Shown: one piece after another, positions 39,621 through 48,431 of the stretch
How positions within the stretch are numbered: position 1 is the stretch's first letter
Layout: each line of letters starts with the position of its first letter
Made by a program: the position numbers and the translations under genes
Source of the DNA: Eubacteriales bacterium
Lineage (GTDB): Bacteria; Bacillota; Clostridia; Oscillospirales; CAG-272
NCBI GenBank assembly: GCA_045633925.1
Contig: JAZQZG010000033.1
Coordinates: forward strand, 3,032-67,031
Direction: 5' to 3'
Length of the DNA: 64,000 nucleotides
The notes under the pieces: model-generated
The model's input: only the letters and a program-made list of their open reading frames with translations
Databases searched by the model: none
Told to the model about the DNA's origin: nothing

Positions 39621-39648
39621 AAAAAAAGCCCGATTTGGGCTTTTTTTA
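39621..39648. terminator. Bidirectional intrinsic terminator; overlaps the stop codon of the convergent peptidase gene
   Basis: Sequence aaaaaaagcccgatttgggcttttttt. Confidence 0.75.
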
Positions 39649-41112
39649 TTTTACGTCACCGAGAAATTCTTCAAGAGTGAGTTCGTCATTATATATAATA
39701 GTTGCGGCTTGAACTCCAACGAATCTGTAATGCCAAGGCTCGTAGCTGTATTTAGTGATATCGGTTTTGTTGTCGGGGTATCTTAAAATAAAACCGTATT
39801 TGTGAGCGTTCTTTGATAACCATTCATAAGCGGGGGTTTCCGCAAAGATCTCTGAAAGCTCTTTGTCCTCATGGCCTATGTCAACAACGTCAACGCAAAG
39901 ACCTAAATGATGCTCGCTTGCGCCCGGAGGGGCAGAGAAAAATTCTGCGGACTTTCTTGCTTCTTCCTCTGATATACCGGGTCTCATTTCACTTTTTATG
40001 TATTTTTCGTGGAGACCTTCTTGATAGCTGTAGGAACGATATGCACTCGATACGAGAATTTTGTCATCGCCCTCAAGTGTCTTATTTGCGTCGTTTATCA
40101 TGGCGCATAAAGCGAGTGCGGCGATCGGATCAAAAAAATCGTTTGTTTTTGATTTTGAATCAGACACAGGGCAATTGAGTGTCGAGAGGGATATCATTCC
40201 TTCGTCTGATATTTCCTCAGGAGTTAGAGTGTGACTCTTGTTAATCAAAGTGAGATTGGTCGTGCGCAATGAGTTTGCCGTCTCGGAATCCACGTGATTG
40301 GTGGGAACTGCGGTTGAATATCCGTTCTTTGCCGCAGTTAAGGTGTCTGGGGAGAAGGATATCGGAGGTTTTGTTCCGTTGCTGTAGGATATTCTATGGA
40401 TGACAACTTCGTTCTTTTCGGATAACTGCACCGCAAGACCGGGATATTGGTTGTCTGCCTTGTGTGAGAAAAGGTTCTGTATGAACGAGAAGGGAACTAA
40501 GCATTTGCTTTTCTCTTTGTCGGTAGCGCTTATGATGCGTACAGTCCCTCCCACATCAACGGGGGAGCCGTTGACGATGGCGGTTTGATGTCCGTTTACA
40601 AAGCGAACGTAGGTTTTATCTTCACACCAAAACGTCATTCTGCCATTTTTACCGTCCGATCCCGTTACGGTAAGCTCTGCGTATTTTGATATCGATATCA
40701 AATCGAAATAGAACTGTCCATATTCGTTTGCATCATCGTAATCCAGCTCGTAAGGCTCTTGATCTCCGACCGAGACGATATAGTCGTCTTTTGAGGGCCC
40801 GTTTTTAGCTTGTATTATAACGAATATAACGATCGTTGCAAGAACGGCAAGAAGCATAATTATTGTGAGTGTTACAAATAAAACCTTGAGCTTGTTTTTC
40901 TTGACGTAGCGGCGAGCTTCTGCAAGATCGGATTTGTCATATGGATCAAGCTGACTGCGATCCTCACCACGTTTCTTTTTTTCGTTTTTGAGCATCTTTT
41001 GCTGAGCTCTTGTGAGCTCGGGATCGGAAAGATCCTCGGCAGAGACGTCTTCGTTTAATTCTCTATTATCGAAATCGTTGTCAAATTCATTTTTCTTTTT
41101 TTTGTTCTTCAT
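39646..41112 (-). CDS. Membrane-anchored M15B (VanY-type) D-alanyl-D-alanine carboxypeptidase family protein
   Basis: A basic/acidic N-terminal tail, one TM helix and a middle domain of unknown fold. C-terminal motifs SAYRSYSYQ, SEHHLGLCVDV, EPWHYRFVG. Confidence 0.8.
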   Translation of the reverse strand: MKNKKKKNEFDNDFDNRELNEDVSAEDLSDPELTRAQQKMLKNEKKKRGEDRSQLDPYDKSDLAEARRYVKKNKLKVLFVTLTIIMLLAVLATIVIFVIIQAKNGPSKDDYIVSVGDQEPYELDYDDANEYGQFYFDLISISKYAELTVTGSDGKNGRMTFWCEDKTYVRFVNGHQTAIVNGSPVDVGGTVRIISATDKEKSKCLVPFSFIQNLFSHKADNQYPGLAVQLSEKNEVVIHRISYSNGTKPPISFSPDTLTAAKNGYSTAVPTNHVDSETANSLRTTNLTLINKSHTLTPEEISDEGMISLSTLNCPVSDSKSKTNDFFDPIAALALCAMINDANKTLEGDDKILVSSAYRSYSYQEGLHEKYIKSEMRPGISEEEARKSAEFFSAPPGASEHHLGLCVDVVDIGHEDKELSEIFAETPAYEWLSKNAHKYGFILRYPDNKTDITKYSYEPWHYRFVGVQAATIIYNDELTLEEFLGDVK

Positions 41113-41124
41113 TTAAGCCTCTTT

Positions 41125-41679
41125 TTAGGGTTTATTTTCAATAATTATAAAAAACGGTGAGGTAGGTGAGTTCAAAATGTTTATTTTCGTTGCGCAGACC
41201 TTGTATCTTGAAAGGGTAGAGAGATATTCGCATATAAGCTTTCCTTCCTCCTCGCCTTCCTTGTGTCCGGGGTATACGGCAACGAGAATTATTGCATCTC
41301 TGTCCATAAGCTCGATAGCCGCCTCTATTGCTGGAAGAGTTGTCGCGCGCATAGTGGTGATGCTTTTATCGCTTCCGGGCAGATATCCTAAATTGAACAT
41401 GCCCGCCTTTATCGGAACGTCAACGTATTTTTTTACGTTGTGATGCGAATCGAGAATAAGTGTGTAATTGTTGGGGCAGTTTGCTCGTCTGAGGTTGTCA
41501 GAGGTTGATTCAAGCGCGGCGGCTTGAACGTCGAAGGCAAAGACGTGACCAAATTCGCCAACGGTCTTGGAGAGAAATTCGGTATCGTGGCCGTTTCCCA
41601 TAGTAAAATCTACGGCAACGTCGCCCTCCTTCAAATGTGAAAGTATAAAATGCTTTTGAAGATCAAGAAGGTCTATCAT
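41125..41679 (-). CDS. YtqB/MnmM-like class I SAM methyltransferase (tRNA mnm5s2U34 methyltransferase family)
   Basis: Collinear with B. subtilis YtqB as I recall it: ...D.TMGNGHDT.FL...VGE.GHV.AFD.Q......FNLGYLPG.DKSITT......VY.GH.EG..E; 184 aa. Confidence 0.75.
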   Translation of the reverse strand: MIDLLDLQKHFILSHLKEGDVAVDFTMGNGHDTEFLSKTVGEFGHVFAFDVQAAALESTSDNLRRANCPNNYTLILDSHHNVKKYVDVPIKAGMFNLGYLPGSDKSITTMRATTLPAIEAAIELMDRDAIILVAVYPGHKEGEEEGKLICEYLSTLSRYKVCATKINILNSPTSPFFIIIENKP

Positions 41680-41690
41680 AGTAATTTCCT

Positions 41691-42425
41691 TTAGTTAAGA
41701 ATGGATTTTTCTGATTTCTTTTTCTGGGGCGGATGGTGAAGATCGCTTCGAAGAAATTTCATGGCTCTCTCAACGGCATCCTTTGAATCGTTCCAAGGCT
41801 CGTCCTTATAGCGGTAATCAAATTTCTTGCAAAACCAGCTAACGTCGCCCTCAAGCTTGTTTATGTATTCGTTCTGTATTGCAAAAACGTCTTTTTCAAA
41901 TTCGGAAATACGTTTTTTGTCAAGCTTTTTCTGCGCATATTTGAGCATTCTTGCCGCATGGGGCAGACAGAAATAGGGCTGAGCCTGGAGCTTTGGACGA
42001 AAGTCCTCGTCATCATTCCAAAGAATTACAGCGGTCTCTATCATGTGCTCAAAGTTGAATTCGATCTTGCGGCATACAAAGCAGGTTGATTCAAGCTTTT
42101 CAATGCGCTTTACAGCCTTATCACCTTGCTTTGCAAAAAGGCTGCCTTTCATATCTTCCTTGAGCTCTGCAAGATGACTCTCAAGAGTCAGCGCCATTCC
42201 GAGACGGTTTTTGCGAGTAAACATCATATCGTAATGTATTCTGCAAAAGCCTTCCTCGTTGGTCTTAATTCTCACGTCGGGTTCCATCATAGATGCGCCT
42301 AATATGAGATCGAGCTGATCGTCCTCAAGCTTATTGTAAAGGGCGCAAAAGGGGCATCCGCAGGATTTATCGGCGGCGGATTCCTCAAATGCCTCGTTGA
42401 CGGGTATTGTGTAGATATTTTCCAT
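41691..42425 (-). CDS. Cys-rich hypothetical protein (possibly the family catalogued as DUF6062)
   Basis: Motifs CGCPFC (aa 22-27), FCRIH, CFVCRK, FCLPH; no TM helix or signal peptide. First gene of a three-gene minus-strand operon with 11-12-nt gaps. Confidence 0.4.
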   Translation of the reverse strand: MENIYTIPVNEAFEESAADKSCGCPFCALYNKLEDDQLDLILGASMMEPDVRIKTNEEGFCRIHYDMMFTRKNRLGMALTLESHLAELKEDMKGSLFAKQGDKAVKRIEKLESTCFVCRKIEFNFEHMIETAVILWNDDEDFRPKLQAQPYFCLPHAARMLKYAQKKLDKKRISEFEKDVFAIQNEYINKLEGDVSWFCKKFDYRYKDEPWNDSKDAVERAMKFLRSDLHHPPQKKKSEKSILN

Positions 42426-42448
42426 AAGTTATCTCCAAATGTTTTTAC

Positions 42449-42477
42449 TTGAAAAATAATGCGATATATGTTAAAAT
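42449..42477 (+). promoter_or_regulatory. Sigma-A-type promoter for ogg
   Basis: TTGAAA (42449-42454), 17-nt spacer, TAAAAT (42472-42477). Confidence 0.55.
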
Positions 42478-42507
42478 ATAAATATAATAAATTTCAAAGG
42501 TAATGTT

Positions 42508-43431
42508 ATGATAGCATCAGCAAATTTAAAATTGAGTGAATTTAATAAAAACGGAACGCCCGTCGTAGTGGTAGAAGGGCTTGAATATTTTGACATAGGA
42601 AAGATATTTGATTGCGGTCAATGCTTTCGCTTTGATGAGGTCGAGCACAGCGCGCATCAAAAGGAGTTTTCGGGTGTAGCGCACGGAAAATTTGTATCCT
42701 TTGCGCAGGATGGGAATACGCTGTATATTTACGGTAGCACTATTGAGGAGTACGAGAGTCTGTGGCGAAGGTATCTTGCCATTGACAAAGATTATTTTGA
42801 GATAGAGAAGGAAATACTCACTACCTGCGAGAGCGATGCGCTTTTGCGCGCCGCAGAATACGGAAGGGGAATAAGGATCCTTTCTCAGGATAGCTTCGAA
42901 TGTATAATATCTTTTATAATTTCGCAGAACAATAATATTCCGAGAATAAAAAAGATAATCGAGGCTCTCTGCGCTAAATGCGGAGCGGCGATACCTGTTA
43001 GTGATGAAATGAAAAATCATCTCTCCGGAAAATCGTCTCTTTGTGCCTTTCCAAGCGCGCAAGCTATATTGAAGCTTGGTGAGCAGGGACTTTTTGATCT
43101 CAAAACGGGATTTCGAGCAAAATACATATACGATGCCGTCAGCAAAATTGAGGACGGACGTGTGGATATTGAAAAGATATTTGATGAGATGGATATTGAC
43201 GTTGCAATAGAATATCTCTCGCAGATAAAGGGGATAGGCAAAAAGGTTGCATCATGCGCATTGCTTTTCGGATTTGAAAAGTATGACGCTTTCCCGGTTG
43301 ACGTGTGGATGAAGCGAGTTGCACAAAAATATTTTCCCGAGCAAAAGGAGCTCTCGGGTAAATCCTTTGGCAGATATGCGGGCATTGCACAGCAATATTT
43401 GTTTTACTACGAAAGGTATAATAACGTTTAA
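42508..43431 (+). CDS. 8-oxoguanine DNA glycosylase/AP lyase (OGG1-type, HhH-GPD superfamily)
   Basis: N-terminal ...FDCGQCFRF... OGG_N-like motif; HhH ...IKGIGKKVASCALLFG......FPVDVW..RV. Confidence 0.7.
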   Translation: MIASANLKLSEFNKNGTPVVVVEGLEYFDIGKIFDCGQCFRFDEVEHSAHQKEFSGVAHGKFVSFAQDGNTLYIYGSTIEEYESLWRRYLAIDKDYFEIEKEILTTCESDALLRAAEYGRGIRILSQDSFECIISFIISQNNNIPRIKKIIEALCAKCGAAIPVSDEMKNHLSGKSSLCAFPSAQAILKLGEQGLFDLKTGFRAKYIYDAVSKIEDGRVDIEKIFDEMDIDVAIEYLSQIKGIGKKVASCALLFGFEKYDAFPVDVWMKRVAQKYFPEQKELSGKSFGRYAGIAQQYLFYYERYNNV

Positions 43432-43436
43432 AAATC

Positions 43437-43473
43437 AACTATCTACCCTCACCGAGGGTAGATAGTTTTTTTG
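43437..43473. terminator. Bidirectional intrinsic terminator
   Basis: 14-bp stem aactatctaccctc / gagggtagatagtt, 3-nt loop, A-run before and T-run after. Confidence 0.85.
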
Positions 43474-43482
43474 TATTGGGAA

Positions 43483-44808
43483 TTAAACTTTATCGCTCTG
43501 ATCCTCGGGAACTACTGCGTTAAATGCTTCAATAGCGCACTCGATCATATCGTCGGTAGGCTCTTTTACGGTGATTCTCTGGAGCCACATACCGGGGGCT
43601 GAGATGATTCTCGTAAAGAGGTTGTCGTGTCTGCCTGCAAATTTTATAAGCTCGTATCCGATACCCATAGTCAAGGGAAGCAGACAAAGCTTGATAATGG
43701 TAAAGGCAATGCCGTTTGCAGGCTCACCGGTTATAGCCATATAAACGGGGTTTATGCAAAGACCTATGACAATACTGATTATAAGCATAAGAATGAGGAA
43801 GGAGGTTCCGCATCTGGGATGGAATCTTTGTTGCTTGCGAACGTTTTCCACGGTGAGCTCAAGACCTGCTTCGTAGCAGAAAATGGTTTTGTGCTCAGCA
43901 CCGTGATATTCAAAGGTTCTTCTTATGTCCTTCAAGAGACAAACGAGAGCCATATACGCAACAAGAATTATTATCTTAAATATACCTGCAAAAATAGGAC
44001 GCCAAACCTTTGCGTTAGGCAGAGGATTGGAAAGAAGATTTGCCAAGAAATCGGGGAGAAGTATAAAGAGACCAAGCGCCAAAGCTATACCCAACACAGC
44101 AGAGATTATCATAATAACCGTGGTAAGTGTTGATTTTTTCTCTTTCTTTCCACTTGCTTTAGTTTTTGCTGTGTTTTCTTTTTTATCGGTGCTTTCTGCT
44201 TCCGAAGACTCTTTTGCAGCAGCTTCGGATGTCGTAGCTTCAGTAGCTTCTTCTGCAACAGCTTCATCGGTTACAACCTCAGCGGATTCTTCTGCAACAA
44301 CCTCATCGGTTATAACCTCAGCGGATTCTTCTGTCATAGATTCTGCTATAACGGTTGCCGACTCATCGGAGGGAGCTTTCTCATCAGATTCTTTTTCGGT
44401 GGCGATATCCGCAGAGTCTGTAATAGGAGTTTCTTTCCCGCTTTTTGCAGCCTTCTTTGCAGCCTTCTTTGCAGCTTTTTCTTTTGCAAGCTCTGCTTCT
44501 ATTTCCTCAAGACCAGATATTTCGGCGGAACGCATAAGAGCTTTGTAACCGATAACCATGGACATAATGAAATTGTAAACACCGCGCGCTATCGGAATTT
44601 TTGTAATAAGCGGACGCTTTTTGATTGCTATATCGGTAACCTCAAGCACGATCTCGCCTTGAGGATTTCTTACAGCCATAGCTGATTTTTTGGGGCCTCG
44701 CATCATAATACCTTCCATCAGCGCTTGTCCGCCGATAGAGGTTTTCTTTGCGCAGGCTATTCTTGCTTCCTGTTCGGAATTTTCAAGTTGCTGTTTTTTC
44801 TTTTTCAT
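43483..44808 (-). CDS. DUF1385 (YqhQ-like) membrane protein carrying a roughly 130-aa low-complexity insertion
   Basis: Motifs ...IGGQALMEGIMMRGP... and ...EYHGAEHK...; TM helices in the C-terminal half. Start set at ATG 44808 (MKKKKQQ...). Confidence 0.75.
   Translation of the reverse strand: MKKKKQQLENSEQEARIACAKKTSIGGQALMEGIMMRGPKKSAMAVRNPQGEIVLEVTDIAIKKRPLITKIPIARGVYNFIMSMVIGYKALMRSAEISGLEEIEAELAKEKAAKKAAKKAAKSGKETPITDSADIATEKESDEKAPSDESATVIAESMTEESAEVITDEVVAEESAEVVTDEAVAEEATEATTSEAAAKESSEAESTDKKENTAKTKASGKKEKKSTLTTVIMIISAVLGIALALGLFILLPDFLANLLSNPLPNAKVWRPIFAGIFKIIILVAYMALVCLLKDIRRTFEYHGAEHKTIFCYEAGLELTVENVRKQQRFHPRCGTSFLILMLIISIVIGLCINPVYMAITGEPANGIAFTIIKLCLLPLTMGIGYELIKFAGRHDNLFTRIISAPGMWLQRITVKEPTDDMIECAIEAFNAVVPEDQSDKV
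44250..44333 (-). repeat. Tandem 39-nt coding repeat (2.1 copies, 36/39 identical) inside the DUF1385 insertion
   Basis: Units at 44250-44288 and 44289-44327 encode ESAEVVTDEAVAE and ESAEVITDEVVAE. Confidence 0.85.
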
Positions 44809-44830
44809 GATGTTTGAATCTCCTAGGTTT

Positions 44831-45826
44831 TTACCAAGGCTCGGGCTCGTTGTTTTCGTTGTAATGCCAGTAGTTACCGCCGTCAACGCGAGTCTCGGAG
44901 TAGAAATAAGTTTTTGCAGAGAGTAATTCTTCGTTGTTTCCTAAAATATTTATCTTCTCAAAGTCCTCTTTCGATCCTTTGTAGATTACGGCGCCAAGGT
45001 TTTCGGTGCCGAAAAATGCGGAATCCTCGATCAACGTTAAAGTTGAAGGAAGATATACTATTTTCAGCGAAGAACAATTATAGAATGCATTTTCTTCTAT
45101 AGTGGTGACCGATTCGGGAATGTTAATTTCTGCAAGCTCTGCGGCGCCAAAGAAAGCTTGATAGGGAATTGTTGTCATACCCTTAGCGAGCTCGACCTTC
45201 TCAAGATGTGCGCAATTTTCAAATGCTGATTCCCCGATTTGGTGAATGGGAGCGGTAAACTCAATGTGAACTGTTTTGATATTTGATAAAGCGTTCTTTC
45301 CAACGTACTTTAACGTACTGGGAAGAATAAGCGTGTGAGCGTATTCTTCGTGGATGCCGTTAAATGCAGAATCGGCAAGGCCGACAATTGTTTTACCGTT
45401 TATGGTGTTTGGAATTGCAAGCGTATGAATAGCTTTTTGTGCGACAAAACCGGTTATATATGCTTCGTTTTGATTTTCTGTAGCGCTGGTTTTAAAGACG
45501 TCATGAGCAGGTATCCAAATAGCATCGAGAGTAACGTCTTTTGTTATCTTTTGAAGATGGAATACCCAACTGCGGCCTTCGCCATACCACTCATCGAATA
45601 TATAGTTGTCACGAGAGGGGGATGCGGGCTCGGAGACGGTTTGATTTTCAAGTACTTCAACACTTGGTATGGAAGTTCCTCCGTTTGTGTTGAACGTTAC
45701 TGTGTACCTACCTGCAAGCGTTTCTGCTGCATTGGTTTCTTCGGTATCTTGACATGCGCTCAGAGCAGACGTTGCCATAATAGCGGCACAGATCAAAGAT
45801 ATAGATCTAAAAAAAGTTTTTTTCAT
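44831..45826 (-). CDS. Lipoprotein with a Listeria-Bacteroides repeat (Flg_new) domain and BspA-type leucine-rich repeats
   Basis: Lipobox LSAC. YTVTFNTNGGTSIPSVEVLENQTVSEP..P.R..Y.FDEWY. Repeated ...IP.SV..I...AF..C..L.... Start at ATG 45826 after GGAGG. Confidence 0.8.
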   Translation of the reverse strand: MKKTFFRSISLICAAIMATSALSACQDTEETNAAETLAGRYTVTFNTNGGTSIPSVEVLENQTVSEPASPSRDNYIFDEWYGEGRSWVFHLQKITKDVTLDAIWIPAHDVFKTSATENQNEAYITGFVAQKAIHTLAIPNTINGKTIVGLADSAFNGIHEEYAHTLILPSTLKYVGKNALSNIKTVHIEFTAPIHQIGESAFENCAHLEKVELAKGMTTIPYQAFFGAAELAEINIPESVTTIEENAFYNCSSLKIVYLPSTLTLIEDSAFFGTENLGAVIYKGSKEDFEKINILGNNEELLSAKTYFYSETRVDGGNYWHYNENNEPEPW

Positions 45827-45852
45827 AAAAACCTCCATGTATACTAAATATT

Positions 45853-45881
45853 ATTATATAATAAAATTGTAATTTTGTCAA
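45853..45881 (-). promoter_or_regulatory. Sigma-A-type promoter for the LRR-lipoprotein/DUF1385 operon
   Basis: Minus strand: TTGACA (45876-45881), 17-nt spacer, TATAAT (45853-45858). Confidence 0.55.
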
Positions 45882-45920
45882 CCTAAAGAGTAATACTTTG
45901 ATGGGATTTCCAAATTGTTT

Positions 45921-45972
45921 ACAAAAAAGGCTAAGCCTTTAAATGCTTGTTGCATTTGAATGGCTTAGCCTT
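45921..45972 (-). terminator. Intrinsic terminator after the ThrE-like gene
   Basis: Long hairpin aaggctaagcc...ggcttagcctt with inner pairing aaatgc/gcattt, followed by T6 on the minus strand. Confidence 0.75.
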
Positions 45973-45991
45973 ATACGTTTATATGATTTTA

Positions 45992-47290
45992 TTATAAATG
46001 TGCTTTTTTCTTGAAAAGCTTGTTTGTGATAAAAGAAATTGTTCCCCACAAAAGTGTTGCTACACTGAGTCCTAATGCTATTCCAAGAATTACCTGACCC
46101 GTAATTGAAATATTCTTCATGAACGCGGCGTTGTTTCCGGTGAGAAGACCGTACATCGATCTGTAAAGTGCTCCTCCGGGAACAATCGGGATTGCACAAG
46201 GGAAGAGGAAGACAACTGCGGGAGCATGCAACTTTCTTGCGCAAGCTTCGGAGAATATTGCCATAAAGAGCGCAGCCATAAAGTTTGCAAAAAGTTCGTT
46301 TCCGGGCGCTATATAGATAGCAGCTGCATAGACTATATAGGTCATAAGTCCGCCTATGGCAACGGTTGGAAGTTTTTTGAGCGATATTTTGAATATCAAC
46401 GCAAAGCCGATGGTACCGATAAGAGAACTTGCACCTTGGAAGAGCCATACCTGCCATTGCTCAAGTACGGGAGGGGAAACCGTAGGAAATTGCGATTCTA
46501 ACAAAAGGATAGAAATCGAATATCCAATAGCAATTATTACGGCGACAATACAGGATTGTACCGCTCGCAAAATACCGGCAAGGGTATCTCCGGTCAAAAG
46601 ATCTCTCATTGAGTTGCCGAGTGAGAGTCCCGGGATAAGTATCATTATCGTGCCGATAGCAATCATACTTGTATGTTCACCAATGTGTGCGACTACCGAA
46701 AGATAGGAGAGCATACCCGCGGTGAAGGCTATAAGAAGAGTTTTTGTAACCGAGGTGAAGAACTTTGCATCAAGTCTGTCAAGCAGAGACATTACAATTC
46801 CAATAAGAGCTCCTGCGAGTCCGTCGCGAAGGGACCCTCCAAAGAAAACGGCAAAAGCTCCTGCCGCGCAAGCGTGACCGATTATAGAGAAGATAAAGCG
46901 GTAATTACGCTTTTTCTTGACCTCGAGGATCTGTCTGTCTACTTCATCAAAATCAGGAGTGTTGTGACAAATGTCTCTTGAGAGACGGTTGTAGTATTCA
47001 AGACAGCAAAGATGATTTGAAATATTGGTTATTCTTCTTGATTGCGATGCATAGCTTCCGTCGGGCATACGAACAGCTACAACGATAAGTGATTGAATTG
47101 AAAATACTTCGGTATGCGCGGCGCCGTAAGCCTTGCAGATGTGTTCTATAGCATTTTCAACTCTATGTATTTCAGCTCCGCTTTTGAGCAATCCCTCGCC
47201 TATATCAAGCGCAATTCTTGCAAGGTTGTCAGCGAAAGAGTCGGAATGTGGCGTAGGATGAAACATTGATAGCTTTTCCTGTGTTTTCAA
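45992..47290 (-). CDS. Threonine/serine exporter family protein (fused ThrE DUF1212 and DUF3815 halves)
   Basis: N-terminal ...LLKSGAEIHRVE..I..I..A.G... followed by about 10 TM helices. Start proposed at TTG 47290, 7 nt after AAGGAG; the alternative is ATG 47266. Confidence 0.75.
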   Translation of the reverse strand: MKTQEKLSMFHPTPHSDSFADNLARIALDIGEGLLKSGAEIHRVENAIEHICKAYGAAHTEVFSIQSLIVVAVRMPDGSYASQSRRITNISNHLCCLEYYNRLSRDICHNTPDFDEVDRQILEVKKKRNYRFIFSIIGHACAAGAFAVFFGGSLRDGLAGALIGIVMSLLDRLDAKFFTSVTKTLLIAFTAGMLSYLSVVAHIGEHTSMIAIGTIMILIPGLSLGNSMRDLLTGDTLAGILRAVQSCIVAVIIAIGYSISILLLESQFPTVSPPVLEQWQVWLFQGASSLIGTIGFALIFKISLKKLPTVAIGGLMTYIVYAAAIYIAPGNELFANFMAALFMAIFSEACARKLHAPAVVFLFPCAIPIVPGGALYRSMYGLLTGNNAAFMKNISITGQVILGIALGLSVATLLWGTISFITNKLFKKKAHL

Positions 47291-47357
47291 AGTGTATCTC
47301 CTTATACTTTCAAAGTAATAAATTTGAAATAAAAAGTATTTTTTGGGTACAAGGCAA

Positions 47358-47386
47358 ATTGTAGCATATTTTTTGGATTTTGTCAA
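47358..47386 (-). promoter_or_regulatory. Sigma-A-type promoter for the ThrE-like gene
   Basis: Minus strand: TTGACA (47381-47386), 17-nt spacer, TACAAT (47358-47363). Confidence 0.55.
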
Positions 47387-47426
47387 TCAAAATATAATAA
47401 ATACTAAAAATAAACACAACCAACTG

Positions 47427-47455
47427 TTGACAACCTATAACATATATGTTAAAAT
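47427..47455 (+). promoter_or_regulatory. Sigma-A-type promoter for the mutarotase-like/GH94-like operon
   Basis: TTGACA (47427-47432), 17-nt spacer, TAAAAT (47450-47455). Confidence 0.55.
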
Positions 47456-47534
47456 TAAGTAGAATGCTTTTATTTATATAAAGCTTCTGATGCCTTATTT
47501 TTAGAGGGCAAATAATCTTTTTTGGAGATATGAT

Positions 47535-48392
47535 ATGAGTATTAAAGACACTGTTGTTTTGAAAAAAGGAAAATGGGAGGCGGGTGTTTGCGCGCGTCTC
47601 GGAGGAAATGCAATTTATTTGAAGTACGACGGAAAGGATGTTCTTTGTCCACTCGTTGACGAGGCGCAGATAGACGTAAATCCTTATTTGCAGGGAGATC
47701 CTATTTTGCTTCCCGCAAACAGAATATATCTTGGAAAGTTCAGCTTTGAGGGCGTTGATTATACGCTCCCGATAACCGAGCCTAGAACGAGCTCTCACCT
47801 TCACGGAACGGTTCACCGCCAGCCGTTTGAGGTTTTGGCTGTCAGCGATACGTCCATTACGATGAAATACGTAAACAAGGACAGATACGAGGTATATCCC
47901 TTTGATTTTGAAATGGTAGTTACTTATACCGTTGACGAGGATGGCTTTACTCAGCAGTATGATATAAAGAACATCGATACTAAGAATATGCCCTATACTT
48001 TCTGTTTGCATACAACCTTTGTTGAGCCTGAGGATGGTTTCACGCTTCCTATAGTAAAGCGTCAGGAGCACGATCCGCTCGATATTCCCACAGGAAGATA
48101 CGTAGAGCTTACCGAGCAGGAGAAGAAGTATACGGTATGGTCTAAGTCAAAGGGTGTTCAGGTAGTTGGATATTATGAGTCCTGCGGACACGTAGCGCAG
48201 GTTGACGATATCGTTTACACTGTATCCGATAACTTCGATTATTGGATTATGTATAACGGAGAGGGCGTTTCCGGCTTCCTTTGCATCGAGCCTCAGGCAG
48301 GTAAGGTAAATGGACTTAATATCCCCGATGGATATAAGGTTTTGGCACCCGAGGAGTCTGTAACCTATAAGATGCGCTTTACTCACGCTTAA
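47535..48392 (+). CDS. Aldose 1-epimerase (galactose mutarotase-like) family protein
   Basis: All-beta profile with ...LHGTVH... and ...F.LH..F..., and ...CIEPQ... near the C-terminus, as in mutarotase-fold proteins; 285 aa. Confidence 0.6.
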   Translation: MSIKDTVVLKKGKWEAGVCARLGGNAIYLKYDGKDVLCPLVDEAQIDVNPYLQGDPILLPANRIYLGKFSFEGVDYTLPITEPRTSSHLHGTVHRQPFEVLAVSDTSITMKYVNKDRYEVYPFDFEMVVTYTVDEDGFTQQYDIKNIDTKNMPYTFCLHTTFVEPEDGFTLPIVKRQEHDPLDIPTGRYVELTEQEKKYTVWSKSKGVQVVGYYESCGHVAQVDDIVYTVSDNFDYWIMYNGEGVSGFLCIEPQAGKVNGLNIPDGYKVLAPEESVTYKMRFTHA

Positions 48393-48431
48393 TATAACAG
48401 AATTTAAAATATATTTTAAGGAGAAATAAAG

